A stretch of DNA of 64,000 nt from the human T2T-CHM13v2.0 reference genome, Homo sapiens, in the NCBI RefSeq assembly GCF_009914755.1, contig NC_060927.1. One strand, 5' to 3'. A program made the position numbers and the translations under genes. Shown piece after piece: positions 53,866 to 64,000 of this stretch (positions within the stretch are counted from its first letter, which is position 1; the number at the start of each line of letters is the position of its first letter). Below the pieces are notes generated by a model. It had not been told where the DNA came from. It ran no database searches and was given only the letters and a program-made list of their open reading frames with translations.

Positions 53866-55369
53866 TGAGTACGATCAAATGGCAAAAGGGAAAAAGAGAA
53901 GCAATACTGGCAGCCTTTCTTGAGTAGCAGGAGTTTTCTATTAAAGGACTGAAGGCAAGTGTGGTGCTCCAGTGACTCTCACCTACTCTGAAAAGGTGTG
54001 CTTTCAAGTACAAGGAATCAATTACAAGGGAAACTTCCTGTTGTGTGGGAGGCTACCTGAGGGTTTTGTTTTTCACATTTAAGAGGCATAAAATTCACAA
54101 CTGCAGTATCTTCCAGTTCTCAAATTAGCACGTTTGCATGAAGTATGCATCCAGAGTGTGATATCTGCATATGGAACATGCTCTCTAAAGCTTTTGTGCC
54201 TGGTACAAATAATTGTGTAACACCATTCACATTCTAAAGGTATTGTATGGCAAAAAGGAAAGTTGTGACATTACTAGTTAGCCACAGCTACAAGTTCACA
54301 TTCCCAAAAGTTATTTTACTTTCCACAGCAGAGAACAAAGAAGAAATTTAAAAACATATTAATATATATAATTTTAAATATATATATATAGTTTATTCTT
54401 GATTTTGAGAGTGTATAATCAGTAACAGCTATAACTACCTGCAAAATTTTTAGCCTTTGGTAAGTAAGAAGGGTTTCTGTGTATGTGTTAAGGCTGCCCA
54501 TTACAAAGATTAACCTATTTGTTAATGCAAACCCAGTTTAATAAATGCAAATCAAGGGGAAACATACAATCCTCCTAAGAATTGGGGTTATGTTACATAA
54601 TCCAACAGAGCAAGAGATGTTGATAATAAGACAGGTGTTGCCAGGCAAAATGAGAGCAGAGAGGTTCTTGACAGTTTGGGAAGTACCAAAAAACGGTCCA
54701 GGTTCAGTGGCAGCTGTGAGGACACTGCAGCTTGTTACCTCCCATCAGAGCCCACTGTTTCCTGTACTTGATACTGAAGATAAGCATTATCCCAATGTGT
54801 GGAGAAAACCTCTTTCTGAAACGTAAGTTCTTTGGTAATCGAACATTATCATGAATAAGAACACTTACAGTATACTTCTTAAAAATGAAATCATTTGTAG
54901 GTAGCAGCAGTTCAGGAGGCGCCATGTCAATGATAACGCTACTTACTTAACATTTAGATAGTGCTGTATGTGTCCTCTACAGGAGGCCCCAAGTGAGAAA
55001 TGTCTTTAAAAACATAGTGATGTTTCGTGTCACTTGAGGAGAGGGTATTATTTTTCCTTCTAATGATGTGAATTTAATATATTACCAATTATTATTTCTT
55101 TATTTCCCCTTTGGCCATCAGAAAGCTTACTTATGGTTTGACTACAGTAAGTCTATAAGGCCTTATGATCTGCTTATCCATGATTCTTTATACCCCTCTG
55201 GTTTTGACTATCTGCTCTTATTAATATTTTTTACTGATTTTTAAAATTTCTATAAAAATATGTTACTATTATATGTGGTGGTTTAAGCTGCCTCCAATCA
55301 TCCATAAAATGAGATGGGTTTAGCTTAATTAAGTTGGGTCATTTTCATAAACCCAATTTCCCTTGATTA

Positions 55370-55470
55370 TCATAAATAACATCCTGGAGAGGCAGACGTT
55401 ATTATCATTTACATTTTATAGAGAGGGAAACTGAGACCCAAAGGTGTAAACACCTTGCCCAAGACCCAAA
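55370..55470 (-). mobile_element. MIR fragment
   Basis: cattttatagagagggaaactgagacc...cttgcccaag. Confidence 0.7.
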
Positions 55471-56504
55471 TATCACAGAATTTTCACTGTTCTATGTTAT
55501 GCTATCCTATTTCTCTAATAAAAAAGTAACTTTAATTGCTATAATATCTTCAGGTAAGGGTTATTACTGATTTAACAATGATGAACTTTGTTTTAAAGTG
55601 TCACATGAATGAGATAAAATAAAATACATTTAAATTGGAAAGGATTTAGGCTAGTAGGAAATTTTTACCAATAACAGTATATGTGATTGTAGAATATTAG
55701 GCAGTTAGAAGAAGACAGAGAATTTTATTTGATGAATTTTATAATTGTGTCTTTTCTTCTTTTAAAGAAAAAGGTATACAAGAAGGACAAAATTTAGATA
55801 AAAGTTTTCTTGAAGGTAGGAGAATGAATTATTTGACCTACACAAGATGAAAATGCTTTTTAAAAATCAGCCACCACCAGACATTACTGACTATTCATTA
55901 TAGCCCACCAGTGTAAGGAGATGGGCTTTGATCTCCTTTCTAAGGTCACCAGGCTGGCTCTAATCCCAGTGCTTTGGGCACCCCTGCTGTGCTCCATCCT
56001 GCAGTTAGGTGTGTTTCCTGGACAATGGAGTCTGTGGAAACTGCCTGGCCTTGGAACACATGTGACAAAAAACCTCAAAGTACATGAGAGCCAGGATCAT
56101 CACCAACTTAATTTCCCAGCCTTTTCCACAGAGCACAGGCTCCTTTCTTTTTCACATCTGTGTGTGCCAGGAAAGCAGTGTCTTGCCCAGGAAAACTCAC
56201 CAGTTGTGCCTCATTGATGGTGTTATTGGAAAAACAAGCATGAAATAAAAGAGAGGGATTCCCTTAGAATACAAATACGCTCATAACACAATTCATTAAG
56301 CAATATCACTTATTTATGATATTCTCCTATTATATCTATGTCTGCCTACTTCTAATTTCAGCAAAAAGGTGTAAAATTTCCCTACATTTTCTTATTTGTG
56401 ACAAGTACTGAGTTTAAAATGGTAGTGCAAAACTGACATTGATAGATTCTACTTTGACGTTAGGTTCAAATTCAGTTTGGAGAATGCATTTCCCCTACTT
56501 GAGG

Positions 56505-56869
56505 TGATATGGTTTGGCTGTGTTCCACTCAAACCTCATCTTGAATTCTAACTCCCACAATTCCCATGTGTTGTGGGAGGAACCTGGTGGGAGGTAGTTG
56601 AATTATGGGGATGGGTCTTTCCCATGCTGTTCTTGTGACAGTGAATGGGTCTCACTAGATCTGATGGTTTTAAAAACAGTTTCCCTGCACAAGCTCTCTC
56701 TTTGACTGCCACCATCCATGTAAGATGTGACTTGCTCTTCCTTGCCTCCTGCCCTGATTGTGACGCCTCCCCAGCCATGTGGAACTGTAAGTCCATTAAA
56801 CCTTTTTCCTGTATAAATTACCCAGTCTTGGGTATGTCTTCATCAGCATTATGAAAATGAACTAATATA
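56505..56869 (+). mobile_element. THE1 (THE1B-like) solo LTR
   Basis: tgatatggtttggctgtg...ccattaaacc...actaatata; perfect 5-bp TSD tgagg (56500-56504, 56870-56874). Confidence 0.95.
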
Positions 56870-57399
56870 TGAGGGAAGAACTCATTGTTCTAAACAATTA
56901 CCCCAAAGGATTTTCAGGTCTCTGTAGATAATTGTTGCTCAATTAAGTCAAAGGATGGATCACCTAGACAGTTTTTTGGGCCTTAGACCTGATAAATGAG
57001 AAGCTATCCAGGAGAAATAAGTCAATTTGTTGTTTGTGCAACATGCATTGGACATACTTTGTGTAAATTTCACTGAGTTGGCTAGCTAGCAAGTTGCTGG
57101 GTAGGGATTTGAACTATGAAGTGCCTCATTCCAAGAGCCATCATATACTTTGTAAAGTTTCCAGACTTCCTGCTGCCATAGAGAGGCTTGCAAGTACATG
57201 CTAGTTCTAAGCATTCATATGCTAGAAGTTATCAACACCCTGAATTCCCTTGTATTTTATTGTAATCTCATTTGTTTTATCAGCAGAGGAAGCTCCGTTT
57301 AGAAATAGCTCCTTGGTCACATGCTGGACAAACATGGAACAGCCTATGGAACAGAACAATCATATCTCTATATAATGTGCATTGGTTTCTTTGACTTGC

Positions 57400-57454
57400 C
57401 TGGTGTTGTGAGGAGGGGTCCTCCTTCAGATTTTCATCCAGGTCCACGCCAACT
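57400..57454 (-). CDS. SLC9A9: SLC9A9 coding exon (probably exon 13), 55 nt, (R)VGVDLDENLKEDPSSQHQ
   Basis: Acceptor ttttggttttgtttaacAG|AGTTGGC; donor CAG|GCAAGT; peptide matches NHE9 and joins in frame to the 38903 exon. Confidence 0.95.
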
Positions 57455-57902
57455 CTGTTAAACAAAACCAAAAACTGGTCAATCCCCTGCTGCAGAAGGA
57501 ATGAGACAGTCTTGTGTGTCAGATGACCTAACCCAAACACAATGTGAATCTGAGAAAAGATTTGGCAGAAAACTATCCTACGTCTTCTTGAATCAAAAGA
57601 ACCTCAGATTTATACCAAAATAAGAACTTGAACAGCTGGGCCTCAGGATGCTGGAGAAATTAAGCATCAACAGCAGCTCTTCACTACTGTCGTTCCTGGC
57701 AAGGTAAGCATCCCTGAGAACCTAGGACAGCAGCCATCAGGAAAAAGACCTCCATAGCCCCAAAAACACACATTCTGGAAAGAAGGTGACCTGGTACCTC
57801 TGCAACCAACCATTGACCAAAATGCCCTGGGAATTTGTGTGCCCAGCCTGGAGCAGGGTTTCTTGAGGCAGAGTAAACAGAACGTTTTTCTAGAGACTCC
57901 CC

Positions 57903-59006
57903 ATAGGGAGGATTCAGACTGTGGAGCCTGAGGCATATACAATTTGGGGGCTCTCTCTTTAAGGAAAATAATACAAAAATATAAACACAAAATTGGGAGT
58001 GAAAGTGACTCTTCAGAAGGATAAGTTACAAAAAAAATTACATATGTTTTTAAAGCTGGCAAATGCAATAGACCTCTCAAAGCCCAGGAAAAATACAAAA
58101 CATTTTAATTAATTAGCTGTCTGACACACTGCTAAAATAACTTTCTTCCGGAATTTTTGCCTACTGACTTTGCTACTCTCTTTATATGATAATGATTTTG
58201 TATTAGAGAATAAAAAGATAAGGCAGTCTTTCCTCTAGCAAGACTGATCAAAATTGTTGATAGTTGGAAGGCATTAAAGCACTCTTTCTCACACACAGAC
58301 ACGCTTGCTATGTGCCTCACTGCTACAGGGTAATGCCCTGCAAATGCAAGATTTCTGATAATTTTTATTTTATGCAATTCCCATAAGCAATGCACAGTGT
58401 ACTTATCAGTGTACATGCTTTGCCATTGAATATATTCCTGAATTTCCATTTTGATGAGGCATCAATGAAAACTGCATTTTATACATCTCATGATTAGAAG
58501 AATTTTCAACAGAGTCCCCAGTCTGGCTCAGTCCATCTCAAACCTTGTTTTTCCTCCACTACCCACAGACTTCTGATGCCAGGCACCATAGGACACGTTT
58601 ATATTTAATTCAGCCTTGTGCATTATTCCTGTAAGCTGTTCCTACTCCGGGGTGGACAGCAGTGGCTTAGCCATGCACAGAAGTGACTGCAGCCCACACA
58701 AATGTATCGCATTCAATCTAAACTAAATGTACTCTCAATTCAGCTTCCCCTTAGTTGGATCCCCCAAATGCCCACAGCTATTCCAATACCATTTGATCAG
58801 AGAAGTATGAGGAAAAGGAAGCTGTAGTGGAAAGAAACAGCAGTTGAACCCAACTGTGTTGAAACTATGTATTTTTTTGCAAATCTTACAAAAATATAAG
58901 ACCATGGGAACACAGTACTGGGGATCTTCCCAGGGCCTTGGAGGGCCAGACCAAGTGAGGGGCCCTGAAACTCAAACTTCCTCTGTTTCCAGAGAGAGTC
59001 CCTCTG
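57903..59006 (-). mobile_element. hAT-Tip100 internally deleted element (Zaphod/MER115-like)
   Basis: gagcctgaggcatatacaatttgggggctctctctttaag at one end; ccaagtgaggggccctgaaac...cctctg at the other. Confidence 0.7.
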
Positions 59007-61724
59007 CCTGCTTCAGCTGGAGTGGGGCAGGGTGGGAGTGCTGGGGAGAGGTCTGGCCCAAGCTCCACCAGAGCCCTTCCTGTGAATCCACATTTGCTAG
59101 ACATTTAGGGACTTTTCTTCAACTCTTGTTCCTCATAAACACCTCCCTAATTATCTCCCAGTCCTGCTGTTGGGGTGGGGGAAGCAAGGCCATGTGAGAA
59201 GCCTCCAGTCAAGCAAATGTGTAACTCCTTATAAGGAGAACAGTAACGGTAAAGTCCCGCCTGTTTAAAATACCTCTGATTCTTCACAGGTAAGTGTCTT
59301 CTGGACATGAATAGCCCCATCTCTCTAACCAAGGGAACAAATTAATAGCTATTTATTTTGTGCTGAATTTTTTGCCTTTAGGTTACTGGGAAGAGCCTCT
59401 GGAGGGGAGGAACCTTTGATTCTTGGGGTAGAAAAACTAGCTATTTGATTGATGTCATCTGAGGAGGAACAAGAAGGGGAAGGGGAGGAGAGGGAAAGGA
59501 TGTCAGTGAGGAGAAAGGAGAGGGGAAGGGATGAGGGGAGAACAGCAGTGTAGAGAGGGGTGGGGGTGGCCTGCCTCCGACAGTGGGACCCAGGTGTGGA
59601 GGCTCCCAGCCCCCTTCTCTTATGGGGCCAGGCCACTCTCACAGCTGTGTGGTGGATCAGAGCCCTCCAGCAGGTGCTGGCTGTTCCCTAGAGGCTTCAT
59701 TGCTGGATAAACCCAGATCTCAGGGATGAAGCTGCTGGGCACCCAGGTTGGCCGTGAACTGAACTGAGGATCATGGGGCTCCCACCACTGTATCTGCTTA
59801 GGGCCTTTTTCTAGGTCTCTGTCTAGAAACCTGGAGAGGACAGAAATAGAATTTTATAAGAAGCCCAACATTTAACGTTTGAGGCAGCACTGAGGCCTTT
59901 CACTAAAGTGGAATCTTTTCTTTGCAGCAGCAATCAGAGCAGACATTCCTGCACAACTAGATGGGGCAGAGGAAGTGATGAAATTCTTTCATTTGATGGG
60001 GACTCAGTGGAAGGCATCTCAGAGACCTGACTGGGAAGAAGACTGTACCTCCTCCCACATCTCATCTCAGGGCAGGTCCAGAGCAGGACAAACGCCACAA
60101 GTGGCTTGAGGAAAGAGAACCTCCATGAAAGGTGTTTCCCTCCTGGGGAAGCCAGGGTGAACACGGTCCTTGCCCACACAGGGCATACGATTCGGGAGGT
60201 TCAATGAGGATAATATAAAAAATGTACCACAGCTTAAGGGCCATGAAGGAAACAATGCCTTCTTTCACTTGTGATATTAGCTGCTTTTGAGGAAAATCTG
60301 GCTAATATATGTTTCTTGGCTACCTGCCTCCTTAAATAGTGTGTAAGGGGGATATTCTAATCTTAACTGGAGGACTCAGCATTGCAACTGGTCCCATAAA
60401 GTCTGACACTTGCTTCTTTATAATGATTTCCAAGAGGTGTATGAACCTTTTTATGATCACGTTAAATGGTCCCTGACTACTGTCTTTTTTTTTCAAATTA
60501 TTGTATCTGCCAGTTAGATTGCCTTTATTTTTCCTGACTGTAACAATATGTTGACATATTGTCCCTATGACCCCCACCCCTTTAATTTACTGTAGGACTA
60601 ACCCTGACAGTCAAATTTATTTTTATTTTCATTTTCTATCTATCTATCTAATTTAAATATTATAGAAAGGCTTACAATCACACACAATTGTTCTCATAAT
60701 ACCCTTGCACCCCTTCAGACCAACTCCCATTGCCTTGGAGGGCAATTTTCTGCCTTTTCTCAATTGTGATATATAAGCTGACATAGACATGCATGGCACC
60801 TTCACACAGCATCCCAAGGGGTATGCAAACATGCCAACTACATCTGTATCTCTTACTCTCCTCTTCAAGAAAGCAAGTCAGAATATGGAACTGACATTAT
60901 TTTAGGGCTAACCATGTATCCATTCACTTTAAACAAATTTTTACAGCTCTTTTTAATGCATGAGCATCCACTTTTGTGCACAAAAGATCATTTATACGTA
61001 ATGAGTTTTTGAGAGATTAGAAAGAAGACATAATATTGTCCCAGTTTGTGGTGTTACATGTATATAGCAGCCCCCCAGGTGAGATCACAGTATGAAGTCC
61101 AACCTCCTTAGGTGACATCCAAGGGTCTTTAGCACCTCTCCCTCAATGTTAAGCTAGCCACCCTTTCTGCTCACCTGATCTGGACAGTGTCCTGGGTCCG
61201 GTAACTGGACTTGTCCTTGTTTCTGAGCCCCAGCACCAAATACAGTCCCTGAGCTCTGGCCATACAATAATCTGCCAGTTTCTCTCCCATGGACTGGACC
61301 CCCTCCCTCCAAACTCCAGGCTGGTATTTTGGGCCACGCTGGCTACCACTGAACTTGTGCGATACCCTGCCTTCTTTCCTGAACTCCAAGCACTGTCCTC
61401 CCTTCTGTCTGATCACCACCTTGTCCCATCCACCACGATGCCCTTCCTAGGTCTCAGATCTCCCATCACTAGAAGTTACTGAGACTTGGAGTGAAGTAGC
61501 TGTACTCCTCCTACTCTGCTCTCTGCTCCCAAATAGAATCCCTTCTGGGCACTGGAGATCACCTTGCTCTGTCTTTGGCGACCCTGGCTCACCCTTTGCT
61601 CACCTGTCTGTTTATACCCAGGCATGCAGGGCAAGCTCTACAGTATACATCGGCCCTAGCTGGAATCTGATGACTTCATGATTACCCTGTAGTTGTTCAA
61701 GGGTCAGTGAAACCCAGATGTCAA

Positions 61725-61960
61725 GAGAGTTGTTTGGAGCCAGACTACCTGGGTTGAAAAATGTGGCTCTGCCTCTCACTTGCTCTGTGACCTGTGTCAC
61801 TCACTCTGTCTCCATCTTGGTTTCCTCACCAATACAATGGGGATAATTAGAGAACTCATTTCACAGGGTTGTGGTGAGGATTAAGTAAGAAAATAGCTTA
61901 GGACCTGTTATATAGTAAGTTTTTAAGAATGTTAGCAGCTATTATTGATATTATTATTTT
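61725..61960 (+). mobile_element. MIR
   Basis: tggagccagactacctgggtt...ggtttcctcacc...acagggttgtggtgaggatta. Confidence 0.85.
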
Positions 61961-62169
61961 TCAGTACTTATCAGTGGGGCCAGAGCTCAGTTACTGATTA
62001 CTTTCAGAGATAAGCCCTCCTAGTCCTTGTTTCTGCACTGGACAACCTTTGAATATATAGCAACCACCACAATTGAGCCACAAGGAGCAGCCAGTGTACA
62101 GCAAGGATTTCTGGTCTCATAGCAAAACATTATTTCTGTTTAAAGAGGGCCAAGTTTCCCAGGTTTTGA

Positions 62170-62480
62170 TTTTTTTAAAATTTATTTCTTTTATTTTTGA
62201 GACACAGTCTCATTCTGTCACCCAGGCTGGAGTATAGCGGTATGTTCTTGGTTCACTGCAACCTCCACCTCCTGGGTTCAAGTGATTCTTTTGCCTTAGC
62301 CCCCTGAGTAGCTGGGATTATAGGCGTACGCCACCACACCCAGCTGATTTTTGTATTTTCAGTAGAGATGGGGTTTTGTCATATTGCCCAGGCTGTTTTC
62401 AAACTCCTGGGCTCAAGTGATCCATCCACCTAGGCTTCCCAAAGTGCTGGGATTACAGGTGTGAGCCACTGTGCCTCGCC
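62170..62480 (-). mobile_element. Old Alu (AluJb/Sz-like)
   Basis: Complete antisense dimer ending cccaaagtgctgggattacaggtgtgagccactg. Confidence 0.93.
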
Positions 62481-63704
62481 TGGTTTGGAATTATTTATAA
62501 TTTATTGGTAGACTAGTTAGGGTAATAAGGCAACAAAGAAGGAAAAGAAGGTGTCTGAAGAGCAAGGAGAAACAAGGAAGAGGGAAGAGCTGAGCAGAAA
62601 GCAAGAAAAGAAAAGGAAGGTGAAAAGGAAAGATAGAGAAAGAAATACATTACTATAAAGAATAGGTGCCCATCGTGGATAAATAACTGTAAAGGTGCAT
62701 GCAGCCTTAGAAAAGGTAAGCCGAGGGTGGAGGGAAAATATAGAAAATATAGAGAAATAAATATAGAAAAAATATAGGGAAATTAAGAACCAGTAAAGAA
62801 TTAGAAAGCAACTAAAAAAGGCTGGTTAAAATTTTATATGATGTTTTGCATTCCTGATGTACCTTTTAATTTTAAGCAAGTTGAGTGCTGCCTCTATGGT
62901 ATTCAAATGGAAATGAAGGCAAGCATTGCACATATTCCCAGCTGTGCCCTCGTACATCTCACTCCGGGTTCCTCATTTACAATGAGCATCAAGCTCAATT
63001 TTCAGAGCAAAACACATCTCTTGTGCACCATAATGCACCCTCCCTTCCTATTGCACTTCCACTCTTTGGTGAGTTTTATTAGACATATTAAAATCTCAGG
63101 ATGCTCTTATACCCAACCATAGTTAAAAAAAAAAAAATGACCCAAAGTTGGGTTTTTCTTAGAGGGAAAGCAAGGTAACTAACAAAAGCCTCACTTTTCC
63201 GCTAAAGCCAACAACTTCCATTCTGATTCTTACCACTTAGCACCTCCAAAAAGGCACTGAAATACTACTAGGGCTTAGTTTCATTGTGTGAATTCCAATA
63301 GTCTTAGGTGCAGTTTTGATTCTTTTGAGCCCCCTGGTGACAGGGGCTGGGTGGTGGGGGAAGATACATTATTTCCTCTAAGACCTGCTTTTGATGGCAA
63401 AGTGTAAAAAAATGACATTTTCAGTAAGGGAAGAGTGGCTGGAGATTGAGCACATAAATACAGCTTGACAATGGAGGAGTCTGAAAGATACCCACTAAGG
63501 TTTGGGGACTATTGTGTAGCCATGAGAATATCACTTGGGGGCCAACATCTGCTACTGAACCCTGTATTATTTGACTAAATAATCCTGGAGTTTGTGTAAG
63601 ACCAACATTAATACAATTAATAATTCAAATATTTTAATTTTGTTTTGGGAAATAAGAAAATGAACTAAAGTAAGTGAAAAAACTCAGTTCATTTTGTTAT
63701 TTAA

Positions 63705-63955
63705 GTGTGGCACAGTAGTTAAGAATTTAGATCCTGGAATCGGGTTGCATGGATTCAAATTTCACTTCCATTATTTGCTACTTCTATAACTTTGAGACAA
63801 ATTAGTTAACCTTTGCAAATCTCAGTTTTCCCAACTATAAGAGGGGATAAGCATATATATATTTCATGAGCTATTATAAGGATGAAATGAGTTAATAAAA
63901 TACATAAAATATTGGCTGCCATCTAGGAAGCACTCATGAAATATTAGTTGATGCT
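63705..63955 (+). mobile_element. MIR
   Basis: gtggcacagtagttaaga...ggattcaaat...ctcagttttcccaactataa...ggatgaaatgagttaat. Confidence 0.8.
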
Positions 63956-64000
63956 CTCCTTGTTAGTGCTGTTATTATAAGAGAAATGTGTGCACCCTAC

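Larger units (their letters stand above)
57455..64000 (-). other. SLC9A9: 3' part of upstream intron (phase 2)
   Basis: Ends in U-rich tract plus AG at 57456-57455; no upstream NHE9 exon seen in window. Confidence 0.85.

Noticed and set aside
56592-56606. DUX4 site usually carried by THE1 LTRs
   Set aside because: Reads TAGTTGAATTA instead of TAATTGAATCA; two core positions changed
57475-57492. Alternative upstream acceptors for the 55-nt exon (CAGCAG, CCAG)
   Set aside because: They add 35, 32 or 20 nt, all frameshifting; the 57455 AG gives the known peptide
57667-58449. 143-aa and 105-aa minus-strand ORFs
   Set aside because: Overlap a decayed hAT transposon derivative; no recognisable transposase or other domain

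Overview
Human (or very close hominoid) genomic DNA lying wholly inside SLC9A9 (endosomal Na+/H+ exchanger NHE9), transcribed on the minus strand. Only two coding exons are present: 57454-57400 (55 nt, R-VGVDLDENLKEDPSSQHQ) and 38903-38824 (80 nt, EANNLDKNMTKAESARLFRMWYSFDH-K). From recall of the gene structure these are exons 13 and 14. Both are followed by non-canonical donors: a GC-AG intron (CAG|GCAAGT, 18,496 nt) and a minor-spliceosome U12 intron (AA|GTATCCTTT, >38.8 kb, running off the window). The rest is intron rich in Alu, L1, L2, MIR, MaLR/ERVL LTRs and hAT DNA transposons, some nested. No new protein-coding system is supported, and nearly all ORF-track entries are noise or L1/Alu remnants. 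The best leads concern RNA processing: (i) read-through past each weak donor gives an open 39-44-codon tail followed by AATAAA exactly 18 nt after the stop, in both cases; (ii) a strong recursive-splice-site-like motif in the GC-AG intron; (iii) U2-type cryptic signals inside the long U12 intron; (iv) candidate antisense exons. All of these are inferences needing RNA data. Repeat subfamily names come from recalled consensus features, and their boundaries are approximate unless TSDs are quoted.
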